60,369 nt of DNA from an uncultured Clostridia bacterium (GCA_947306755.1 CAMZHI010000005.1:1-60369); one strand, 5' to 3'; shown: positions 9,092-17,014, counted from the stretch's first letter. Notes: generated by a model not told the origin, from the sequence alone. A program made the numbers and translations.

Positions 9092-9800
9092 TTGACAATA
9101 AAAGAATTGCCTGAAACTGAAAGACCATATGAAAAGCTTGAATTATACGGCGCTAAAAATTTAACAAATGCTGAGCTATTGGCTATAATAATAAAAACCG
9201 GAACTAAAACATACACAAGTATAGATATAGCAAGACAAATATTGAAATTAAATGATGAACTAAATTTCAATAATCTAAATTTTTTAAGAGATTTAGAAAT
9301 AGAAGAGCTTATGAAAATTAAAGGAATGGGGAAAATTAAAGCTATACAGATTAAAGCTGTTTGTGAGCTTGCATGTAGGATGAACCAACCTTTAAATTAT
9401 CAAAAAATAAAAATTAAAGAACCAAATGATATTGTAAAAATACTAATGAGTGATATGCAATATGAAAAAGTAGAAATAGTTAAAGTTGTATTGCTAGATA
9501 CAAAATGCAATATTCTTAAAATAAAAGATGTGGCAATTGGTGGAAAAAATTTTGTAAATATTGGTATGAAAGATGTGCTTTCGGAAGCAGTAAAAATTTC
9601 AGCTCCAAAAATTATACTTGTCCACAACCATCCAAGCCGGTATGTCAACTCCAAGTATGCAAGATTTTGAAGTAACATATAAATTGGAAAATTCTGCCAA
9701 ATTATTAGGGATAAAACTATTAGATCATATTGTTATTGGAAAATCAGAGTACACTAGTATAATGTCTATTAAAGATTGGAAGTTACAATTAAAGAAGTGA
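9092..9800 (+). pseudogene. radC: RadC-family JAMM protein interrupted by a +1 frameshift inside the HNHPSG motif
   Basis: The TTG start gives TIKELPETERPYEKL, a RadC N-terminus. ORF 9092-9670 ends ...LVHNHPSRYVN*. ORF 9618-9800 in the next frame continues G-MSTPSMQDFEVTYKLENSAKLLGIKLLDHIVIG. Removing one C from AGCCGG (9635-9640) restores HNHPSGMSTPS. Confidence 0.8.
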
Positions 9801-9907
9801 GAAGTGAGTAGTGAGAAGTGAGAAGTGAGAAGTGAGAAGTGAGATAAAACTATTTATACAATATCTTGCTTCTATTTTCCAACCTCCCACATCACACTTC
9901 CCACTTC
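9794..9907. repeat. Family A element: (GAAGTGA)x7 heptamer array plus an imperfect inverted pyrimidine arm
   Basis: The array at 9794-9844 begins within the radC stop codon. The partner arm CCTCCCACATCACACTTCCCACTTC lies at 9883-9907. Related copies are at 12485-12548, 36745-36805 and 54598-54643, with a solo arm at 40151-40174. Confidence 0.8.
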
Positions 9908-9954
9908 AAGTAAAAAAATACTAAATGAATATTAGAGAGGAAAGTGAAAAAGGT

Positions 9955-10995
9955 ATGAAACTTCTTAATTTTTTTAAATTTGGTTCTAAGGATATGGGAA
10001 TAGATTTAGGAACAGCGAATATTTTAATTACTTTAAAAGGTAAAGGTATTGTTTTAAAAGAGCCTTCTGTAGTTGCAATAGATAAAAAAACAGGAGAAAT
10101 TAAAGCAACAGGATTCGAAGCAAAAGAAATGCTTGGAAGAACTCCTGATACAATAGAAGCTGTTAGGCCAATGAAAGATGGTGTTATTGCAGATTTTACT
10201 GCAACATGCTTAATGTTGAAAAACATGTTTAAAAAAGTATGCTCTAGGTATAATGTTGGAAAACCTAGAGTTGTAGTTGGTGTTCCCTCAGGAATTACTG
10301 AAGTTGAAGAAAGAGCGGTTGAAGAAACTATTATACAAGCTGGAGCCAAGGAGGTTTATTTAATTGAAGAACCTATGGCAGCTGCAATTGGAGCTGGAAT
10401 TAAAGTTGGAGAGCCATGTGGAAATATGATTATTGATATAGGTGGAGGAACAACAGAAGTTGCAGTTATTTCTTTAGGTGGAATAGTTGTTAGTAACTCT
10501 TTGAGAATAGCTGGAGATGAATTAGATGAGGATATTATTGAATATATAAAAAGAAAAGAAAATCTTGCTATTGGTGAAACAACAGCAGAACAAATAAAAA
10601 TATCTATAGGATGTGCATTGCCACTTATGACAGATACACCTATGGAAATTAGAGGAAGAGATTTAAAAACAGGACTTCCTCGTAATATAACTATTACTTC
10701 TTCTCAAGTAATGGAGGCAATGGGAGAATCAATTTATAAAATAATAAATACAGTTAAACAAACATTAGAACAGACGCCTCCAGAACTTGCAGCAGATTTA
10801 GTAGAAAGAGGGGTATATTTAGCTGGTGGAGGAGCTTTAATTCAAAATTTAGATAAGCTTTTGAGCCAAGAAATAAATATGCCAGTTATAATTGCAGAAT
10901 CACCATTAGATTCTGTAGTAAATGGAACAGGAAAAACTTTAGAAGATTTAGAAAAATTAAAAAATGTATTGATTAACAGTAGAAAAAGGCATTAA
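9955..10995 (+). CDS. mreB: Rod-shape-determining actin homolog MreB
   Basis: Motifs seen: KDMGIDLGTANI, EPSVVA, PMKDGVIADF, GVPSGITEVEERAV, IDIGGGTTEVAV and LAGGGALI. The start is uncertain between ATG 9955 (preferred) and 9925. Confidence 0.9.
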   Translation: MKLLNFFKFGSKDMGIDLGTANILITLKGKGIVLKEPSVVAIDKKTGEIKATGFEAKEMLGRTPDTIEAVRPMKDGVIADFTATCLMLKNMFKKVCSRYNVGKPRVVVGVPSGITEVEERAVEETIIQAGAKEVYLIEEPMAAAIGAGIKVGEPCGNMIIDIGGGTTEVAVISLGGIVVSNSLRIAGDELDEDIIEYIKRKENLAIGETTAEQIKISIGCALPLMTDTPMEIRGRDLKTGLPRNITITSSQVMEAMGESIYKIINTVKQTLEQTPPELAADLVERGVYLAGGGALIQNLDKLLSQEINMPVIIAESPLDSVVNGTGKTLEDLEKLKNVLINSRKRH

Positions 10996-11025
10996 TATAA
11001 AACAATAATGAAGGGATAAGTTATT

Positions 11026-11841
11026 ATGTATAAAAGTAAGAAAAATGGAATAATTGGAATAATAATAACAATAATTATTTTAATATTATTAGTAGTATTG
11101 ACAAATACCAAAAATAGTAATTTATCTTATATTGAAAATATAGCAGATAAACTTGTTAACCCAATTCAAAATGGAATGACATTTTTAAAAAATAAAGTAC
11201 ACTCAAATAATTCATTTTTTACAAATATTAACAATCTACAAAATGAAAATGATGAGCTAAAACAAAAAAACAATGAATTAGAAGAAAAACTTAGAGAATT
11301 TGAATCTGTTAAGGCTGAAAATCAAACTTTAAAAGAATATATGAAATTAACTGAAAAATACAGTGACTATAAAACTATTGGAGCAGATGTAATAAGTAGA
11401 GATATAAGCAATTATTCAAAAACGATTGTAATTAATGCAGGTAAAAATAGTGGAATTAAAGAAAACATGACAGTAATTGCTTCTGAAGGATTAGTTGGTT
11501 TCGTTATTTCTGCAACAGATAATACAGCTAAAGTTCAAACAATTGTAGATTCTTCAAGTAATACAAGTAGTATTATTAGTTCTTCAAGAGAGTCAGTTGT
11601 ATGTAAAGGTATGCTAGAAGAAAAAAACGAATTAAAAGCAGTTTATATACCTACAGATGCACAAATTGCCAGTGGAGATAATATTGAAACATCAGGACTT
11701 GGTGGAATTTATCCAAAAGGAATATTTATTGGCAAAGTTAACAAGGTTATTAATGGTAGCAATATAAATGATAGGTATGCTATAGTTAATACAGGGGTTA
11801 ATTTTAATAAATTAGATACTGTACTTGTTATTACAAATTAA
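11026..11841 (+). CDS. mreC: Rod-shape-determining protein MreC
   Basis: It has an N-terminal TM segment, a coiled coil (NLQNENDELKQKNNELEEKLREFE) and a C-terminal TSGLGGIYPKGIFIGKV motif. It lies between mreB and mreD. Confidence 0.85.
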   Translation: MYKSKKNGIIGIIITIIILILLVVLTNTKNSNLSYIENIADKLVNPIQNGMTFLKNKVHSNNSFFTNINNLQNENDELKQKNNELEEKLREFESVKAENQTLKEYMKLTEKYSDYKTIGADVISRDISNYSKTIVINAGKNSGIKENMTVIASEGLVGFVISATDNTAKVQTIVDSSSNTSSIISSSRESVVCKGMLEEKNELKAVYIPTDAQIASGDNIETSGLGGIYPKGIFIGKVNKVINGSNINDRYAIVNTGVNFNKLDTVLVITN

Positions 11842-11858
11842 TCAAGTAGTAGTTTGAA

Positions 11859-11910
11859 GGTTGAAAAATAATTGAATTCTACATTGTCAAAATTTAATTC
11901 TTTTCCAACC
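11859..11910. repeat. Family B palindromic element (GGTTGAAAAATAATT...AAATTTAATTCTTTTCCAACC)
   Basis: An imperfect ~52-nt hairpin lies directly after mreC. Related copies are at 15619-15741 and 52459-52513. Confidence 0.75.
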
Positions 11911-12030
11911 GGATTGGTGCCTTAGGAAGGAATAATAGGAAAATGAAAAAATTTACAATAAATGCTCTTTTAATTCTAACCTTTATTATAATTTATTTTT
12001 TACAAGCAAATTTTTTTTCAACTTTTAGAA

Positions 12031-12477
12031 TTGCACGGAGTAATGCCAAATATGTTTATAATACTAGTTCTTTTTATAGGTTTGTTTTATAATAGAATTG
12101 CTGGTGTAGCTTATGGAGTTTTCTTTGGAATTTTACTTGATTTTTTTATTGGTAGAAAGATAGGAATTTCCGGAATTTTTTTGGGAATAGTTGGATTTAT
12201 AGGTGGAGTGTTTGATAAAAACTTTTCAAAAGAAAACAAACTTACAATTATTATGATGGTTATAATATGTACTATTATTTATGAGATTTCTCTATATTTA
12301 ATTGGTGCAGTGTTTTATAAATATTCTTTTGAAATATTACCATTTTTAAAGATTTTATTAATAGAATGTTTATACAATATTATAATGACAATTATTTTAT
12401 ATCCTATTATTCAGAATTTAGGCTATAAAATAGAAGCTGTATACAAAGGAGACAAGATTTTGACAAGGTATTTTTAG
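12031..12477 (+). CDS. mreD: MreD, 3' reading frame; the natural 5' end (ATG 11943) is in another frame because of one extra base at 12036
   Basis: This polytopic 148-aa ORF is GVMPNMFIILVLFIGLF... The upstream fragment 11943-12035 encodes MKKFTINALLILTFIIIYFLQANFFSTFRIA and joins seamlessly (..FRIA|GVMPN..) if C12036 is removed. Confidence 0.7.
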   Translation: MHGVMPNMFIILVLFIGLFYNRIAGVAYGVFFGILLDFFIGRKIGISGIFLGIVGFIGGVFDKNFSKENKLTIIMMVIICTIIYEISLYLIGAVFYKYSFEILPFLKILLIECLYNIIMTIILYPIIQNLGYKIEAVYKGDKILTRYF

Positions 12478-12484
12478 TAATGTA

Positions 12485-12548
12485 GAAGTGAGAAGTAAGA
12501 AGTGAGATAGGGTAAGCATATATTATCTCACTTCTCACCTCATACTCC
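12485..12548. repeat. Family A element (GAAGTGA GAAGTAA GAAGTGA ... inverted arm) forming a hairpin after mreD
   Basis: GAAGTGAGAT and ATCTCACTTC form a perfect 10-bp core, extended by imperfect heptamer pairing. Confidence 0.8.
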
Positions 12549-12597
12549 TTAAATAACGAAAATAGCTTTATGATTTATTTTTTAGTTAAAAAAGAAG

Positions 12598-14706
12598 GTG
12601 AGAAAAGCTTTGAAAAAAAAGATAAAAAAAGAATATACCAATTTTAGATTTAATGTACTTACTATAATAGTCTATATAATAGGAGTAATTCTTATTTCTA
12701 AATTATTTGAACTGCAGATTATAAATGGAGCGCAATATAGAAATATTTCAAATACAAGGCTTTCTCGAGAAAGTGTTTTAGAAGCTTCAAGAGGAGAAAT
12801 ATTAGATAGATCTGGAAATGTTTTAGCAACAACTACTAGTTCATTTAATATAGAATTATATAAAACTAAGACAGATAATGAATCATTAAATAATTGTATT
12901 TTACATTTAATAGATTTATTTGAAAAAAATGGGGTATCTTATCCGAATAATTTTCCAATAAATAATGAAGTTACTGCTTTTACAATAAGTGACGAAAATT
13001 TAAATAAATGGTTAGATACATATAAATTTAATGAGACATCAAGTCCACAAGATGTAATGAATTATTTTATTAAAAAATATAGTATAAAATCAGATGATAT
13101 TATAAAAGCTAGAAAAATAATGGCTATTAGATATGAAATATTATCTAAAGGTTATAGTAGTATAAAACCTTTAGAAATAGCAGAAAATGTCCCACGAGAA
13201 GTAGTTGCACAAATAAGTGAAAGAAATTTTGAATTTCCCGGAGTAACGATTACAACACAAACTGAAAGAAAATATAATTATGAAAATTTAGCTTCACATA
13301 TAATTGGATATATAGGTAAAATAACCGAAAAGGAATATAATGAAGGAAAAGATTTATATAGTAATGATGATTACGTTGGAAGAACAGGAATTGAAGGGTC
13401 TTTTGAAGACTATTTAAGGGGGAAAAAGGGTAAAAAAGAAATTGAGATGTCTGTTGATGGTACAGTTACAGGAGAAACAACTACAGAAGAACCTCTTCAA
13501 GGATCAACAATAGTTTTAACTATAGATTCTAAACTACAAGAAATTGCAGAAAGGTCTCTTGCAAACAATATTGAAAAAATAAGAAATGGTGGGTTTGGTA
13601 GATCATATAATACATTAGGTGGCTGTGTTATAGCAATTGATGTAAAATCAGGAGAAATTTTAGCAATGGCAAGCAATCCAGACTATAATCCAAACTCTTG
13701 GGTTGGCGGAATAAGTGTAGCAGAATTTAATGAGATTAAAGAAAAGAATTCATTATTCAACAAATGTATATCTGGTTCCTATGCACCTGGATCAATTTTT
13801 AAGATGGTTACAGCATTAGCTGGACTTGAATCTGGAGCAATTTCAATAGATGATAAAATTAATGATACAGGTATTTATACAAAATATAGAGATTATCAAC
13901 CACATTGCTGGATATATGATAGTTATCATCATGGACATGGTTGGCTAAATGTGTCTGGTGCAATTCAACATTCATGCAATTACTTTTTCTATGAAGTAGG
14001 TGATAGAATTAAGATAGATACATTAGATAAATACGCAAAATATTTTGGATTAGGTGTTAAGACTAAAATAGAATTACCAAGTGAAACGCCTGGAACTTTA
14101 GCTTCTCCAGAAGTTGCAAAAAAGATTGGAGAAACTTGGTCATCAGGAAGAAATCTTTCAGCTGCTATTGGACAAAGTTATAATGCATTTTCCCCATTGC
14201 AGGTGTCTAAATATATAGCAATGGTTGCAAATGGTGGAAATAAGATTAATCCAACAATTATCAAAAGGGTGTTAAACAATGATGGAACAGAATCATTAAA
14301 AAGTGAAATATATGAATATTGCTCAAAAAAACTTGGGTTAGAAGATGATTCAACCGAGAATCTTACTTTTTCACAAGCCAATATTAATGCAGTGCTTGAA
14401 GGTATGAGATCTGTTACTGATGAAGGTGGTACAGCAAGTTCAGTATTTAGAGGTTTTAACATAGAAGTTGGTGGTAAAACAGGTTCCGCTGAGGCTGGTA
14501 AAAATGTTAATGCGTGGTTTGCTGGTTTTGCGCCATATAATGATCCTGAAATAGCTGTTGTAGTTATGGTCGAAAATGGTGGACATGGATATTATACAGC
14601 AGAAGTTGCAAAAGAAATAATTGCTGAATACTTCGGAATGAATTTAAATTCAAATGAAATACAAGAGAATAACCAGGCTATTAGTTATATTGAGAATATA
14701 CAATAA
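12598..14706 (+). CDS. mrdA: Class B penicillin-binding protein 2 (elongation transpeptidase)
   Basis: It has an N-terminal TM segment and a PBP dimerisation region. Transpeptidase motifs are SIFK (APGSIFKM), SCN (HSCNYFF) and KTG (GGKTGSAE). The start is GTG 12598 or TTG 12610, after AAGGTGA. Confidence 0.9.
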   Translation: MRKALKKKIKKEYTNFRFNVLTIIVYIIGVILISKLFELQIINGAQYRNISNTRLSRESVLEASRGEILDRSGNVLATTTSSFNIELYKTKTDNESLNNCILHLIDLFEKNGVSYPNNFPINNEVTAFTISDENLNKWLDTYKFNETSSPQDVMNYFIKKYSIKSDDIIKARKIMAIRYEILSKGYSSIKPLEIAENVPREVVAQISERNFEFPGVTITTQTERKYNYENLASHIIGYIGKITEKEYNEGKDLYSNDDYVGRTGIEGSFEDYLRGKKGKKEIEMSVDGTVTGETTTEEPLQGSTIVLTIDSKLQEIAERSLANNIEKIRNGGFGRSYNTLGGCVIAIDVKSGEILAMASNPDYNPNSWVGGISVAEFNEIKEKNSLFNKCISGSYAPGSIFKMVTALAGLESGAISIDDKINDTGIYTKYRDYQPHCWIYDSYHHGHGWLNVSGAIQHSCNYFFYEVGDRIKIDTLDKYAKYFGLGVKTKIELPSETPGTLASPEVAKKIGETWSSGRNLSAAIGQSYNAFSPLQVSKYIAMVANGGNKINPTIIKRVLNNDGTESLKSEIYEYCSKKLGLEDDSTENLTFSQANINAVLEGMRSVTDEGGTASSVFRGFNIEVGGKTGSAEAGKNVNAWFAGFAPYNDPEIAVVVMVENGGHGYYTAEVAKEIIAEYFGMNLNSNEIQENNQAISYIENIQ

Positions 14707-14745
14707 GTTAAACTTTAATATAGAAAATAGTAAAAAAATACTAAA

Positions 14746-14964
14746 GAAAGAGTAAATATATTATTTTGAAATCCCGCGTAATCCGAACAGCTTGAACGCA
14801 TACTGCCATTGTAACAGGCAGAGCCTTAACAATGGACAGCAAACCGGAGCGAAGCGCAGGGCGACTGGAGAAATCGACATTGTAGCTGAATTTTTCTTTA
14901 GAAAAATTACAGGTACATAAAGATTTCGACACCAAGGGATTGAAAAAAATATATTTACTCTTTC
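14746..14964 (+). ncRNA. Unassigned structured, GC-rich intergenic element (candidate small RNA with 6S-like architecture, or a MITE-like palindromic element); strand uncertain
   Basis: A perfect 16-nt closing inverted repeat (14746-14761 / 14949-14964) is extended by AATCCC/GGGATT (14770-14775 / 14936-14941). Internal helices are 14803-14812/14829-14839 and a long hairpin at 14870-14927. The core is far more G+C-rich than its flanks. The overlapping 64-aa minus-strand ORF has no RBS. Confidence 0.35.
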
Positions 14965-15002
14965 ATCGGAATAGTTTAATATTGAAGAAAGGATGAAGGT
15001 AA

Positions 15003-15617
15003 ATGAATTGTATAAATGTTAGCCAAAAAAACAATTTAGTAATTATAAAAATAAAAAATGATGCAGATTTTGAAGATATTGTATCTCAAATTAGAAAAAA
15101 AGTTGTTCAATTAAAGAAAATATATAAAGATGAAAAAACGCCTATTTTGGTAACAGGTAAAGTTTTGAAAAATAAAGAGATAGATAGAATAGAGGCAATT
15201 ATAAGAGACAATTTAGATGTTGATGTTGAGTTTGATATGCCAAAAGAGCTTGGCTTATCAAACATAAAAAAAACATTTACACAAGAAGTATCAAATTCTG
15301 AAACCAAATATCATAGAGGTTCAATTAGATCTGGACAAAGAATTGAAGAAGAAGGTAGTGTTGTTATTTTAGGAGATGTTAATTCTGGTGCCGAAATAAT
15401 TGCTGCAGACAATATTGTAGTATTAGGAACTCTTAGGGGACTAGCTCACGCAGGAGCAAAAGGAAATCGAAAAGCAATTATTGCGGCTGGAAAGCTAGAT
15501 ACTGTACAACTTAGAATAGCTAATGTAGTTAAAGAGATTAACAGAGATGAGGAACCTTTACATAGAGAGGCGTATATATATATTGATGAAGATGAAAAAC
15601 AAATCATAATAGAGTAG
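15003..15617 (+). CDS. minC: Septum site-determining protein MinC
   Basis: The C-terminal beta-helix signature is present: IRSGQRIEEEGSVVILGDVNSGAEIIAADNIVVLGTLRGLAHAGAKGNRKAIIAA...QLRIA. RBS is GAAAGGATGAAGG. Confidence 0.85.
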   Translation: MNCINVSQKNNLVIIKIKNDADFEDIVSQIRKKVVQLKKIYKDEKTPILVTGKVLKNKEIDRIEAIIRDNLDVDVEFDMPKELGLSNIKKTFTQEVSNSETKYHRGSIRSGQRIEEEGSVVILGDVNSGAEIIAADNIVVLGTLRGLAHAGAKGNRKAIIAAGKLDTVQLRIANVVKEINRDEEPLHREAYIYIDEDEKQIIIE

Positions 15618-15618
15618 A

Positions 15619-15741
15619 GATTGAAAAATAATTACAATTTTGACTGTGTTAAAAACTTGCTTAAAAATGCTCATGTACAACACGTACACTGCGCTTTTTT
15701 CGCAAGTTTTTGCCTTGTCAAAATTTAATTCTTTTTCAATC
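15619..15741. repeat. Family B palindromic element with a ~70-bp nested palindromic insert
   Basis: The arms are GATTGAAAAATAATTACAATTTTGAC and GTCAAAATTTAATTCTTTTTCAATC. The inner pair is AAAAACTTGC / GCAAGTTTTT. Confidence 0.75.
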
Positions 15742-15837
15742 AAAGATTATTTATAGATAATTATACTTGTCAATACTTGTTTTTGATTTGTTTAAAAGCT
15801 AATAGTGAAAGACTTCATCTTGCGTTGTTATGATAAT

Positions 15838-16146
15838 TTAGCTTAATAACAATAATATTAAACTTATAAATAGCTCATCATCTTTCACACCTTCCTGATA
15901 TAAAAAGAAAATCAGGCATATTAATAATACATCATCAAAATATAGCTTTAAACCTAAAAGTTCAAAAAAATAATCATCATTATTTTTGGAACTTTTTTTT
16001 TGTTTATTAGAATCAATTATTACATTGGATTTATTTTCATTATTTGTAGGTAAATTAGGCTTGTTATAGATGCCTTTATAATAATTAGAATGTAAGTAGG
16101 AATAATTATTAGGAAAAGGAAAGTGTGGAAAGCGAAAAAGTGGCAT
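15838..16146 (-). CDS. Hypothetical small protein with a hydrophobic C-terminus
   Basis: The ATG is preceded by AAGGAG. It is the third gene of a three-gene minus-strand operon. The N-terminus is N/K/P-rich and the C-terminus reads LLICLIFFLYQEGVKDDELFISLILLLLS. Confidence 0.55.
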   Translation of the reverse strand: MPLFRFPHFPFPNNYSYLHSNYYKGIYNKPNLPTNNENKSNVIIDSNKQKKSSKNNDDYFFELLGLKLYFDDVLLICLIFFLYQEGVKDDELFISLILLLLS

Positions 16147-16150
16147 TGAA

Positions 16151-16537
16151 TTACATCTCCTTTTCTTTTTTTAATAGTTTTGTTATACCTGATAGTTTAA
16201 ATAGATTTATATATTGATCAATTTTTTTTTGCCTGGACTCTCTTAAATATGGCTTAAGGGAATAAAGGAGATTAGATTTTGCATCATCTTTTTTATTAAA
16301 TGCTTCAATTATATTTTTTATTTTTAATATTGTGTCAAAATCTAAATCAAGGTTGTTTCCTGAACTTGAAGTATCATTAGGATCGTTTGAAGAACTATTT
16401 GATTTTATAGTATTTGCTAATTGAGTTATCATTTCAGGAGTTATGTTTAAATCTTCTTGTGAACTTTCCTTATTAGTAGAAGATGTAGAATTATTATTTA
16501 ATATTGTATTAAATATTTCTGATATATTATTATCCAA
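16151..16537 (-). CDS. Hypothetical protein (low-complexity N/S-rich N-terminal half)
   Basis: The TTG start lies 7 nt after GGAGGTG. The product is 128 aa and I recognised no family. Confidence 0.55.
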   Translation of the reverse strand: MDNNISEIFNTILNNNSTSSTNKESSQEDLNITPEMITQLANTIKSNSSSNDPNDTSSSGNNLDLDFDTILKIKNIIEAFNKKDDAKSNLLYSLKPYLRESRQKKIDQYINLFKLSGITKLLKKEKEM

Positions 16538-16575
16538 ATAAAAACACCTCCACTTTTACGCATATACGAATTTGA

Positions 16576-16725
16576 CTATTTATCTCTTTGATTCAATGCC
16601 TGAATTATTTTTTGCTTTTCTTCAGGGCTTAATAGTTGATTTACTTTATCTAAACCATTTTTAAGTTGGTCTTTATCCATTTTGTTTAAAAGATTCATTA
16701 AATATGATATATCAGTATTATTCAT
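16576..16725 (-). CDS. Hypothetical 49-aa protein (not in the ORF track)
   Basis: ATG 16725 follows GAGGTG. The product is MNNTDISYLMNLLNKMDKDQLKNGLDKVNQLLSPEEKQKIIQALNQRDK. It is the first gene of the minus-strand operon. Confidence 0.5.
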   Translation of the reverse strand: MNNTDISYLMNLLNKMDKDQLKNGLDKVNQLLSPEEKQKIIQALNQRDK

Positions 16726-16749
16726 TTTTTTTCACCTCAATATAATTAT

Positions 16750-16778
16750 ATTATATTAGTTAAAAAAATATGTGTGAA
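16750..16778 (-). promoter_or_regulatory. Sigma-A-type promoter of the minus-strand three-gene operon
   Basis: Read on the minus strand: TTCACA (16778-16773), a 17-nt spacer, then TATAAT (16755-16750). Confidence 0.5.
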
Positions 16779-16885
16779 AATGATGACATAAAAAGTTGCA
16801 GAAATTTCCAAAAATCTATTGCAAAATGCCTAAAAAAGCTATATAATAGAATCTAGAGTAGTTATGCTTGTTACTATTAATAATA

Positions 16886-16962
16886 TGTAATAAAATTGTA
16901 ACAGAACTGTAACAAAAATGTAACAATTAAAAATGGAAATTTTTGATAATGTATTTCCGTAA
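16886..16962 (+). promoter_or_regulatory. Four 11-bp-phased TGTAAYA direct repeats plus TTCCGTAA box upstream of giant-adhesin pair 1
   Basis: TGTAATA and three TGTAACA copies start at 16886, 16897, 16908 and 16919. TTCCGTAA is at 16955-16962, and a further TGTAATA is at 16984-16990. Confidence 0.45.
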
Positions 16963-17014
16963 AACAATTTTAAGTATTATTTTTGTAATAAAAAAGAATT
17001 CTAAATAAGTACTA

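Noticed and set aside
9088-9678. Minus-strand ORFs 9088-9270 and 9400-9678
   Set aside because: They are nested antisense within radC, have no RBS and have a hydrophobic junk composition.
9794-9844. Possible CRISPR array or microsatellite
   Set aside because: The repeat unit is only 7 nt with no spacers and no cas genes are in the window. It belongs to the family A hairpin elements.
14741-14935. 64-aa minus-strand ORF between PBP2 and minC
   Set aside because: It overlaps the GC-rich structured element, has no SD, and has an Arg/Cys/Ser-rich composition typical of reading through structured RNA/DNA. It is treated as non-coding.
15558-15743. 61-aa minus-strand ORF overlapping the end of minC
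   Set aside because: It runs through the family B palindromic element and the minC 3' end and has no RBS.
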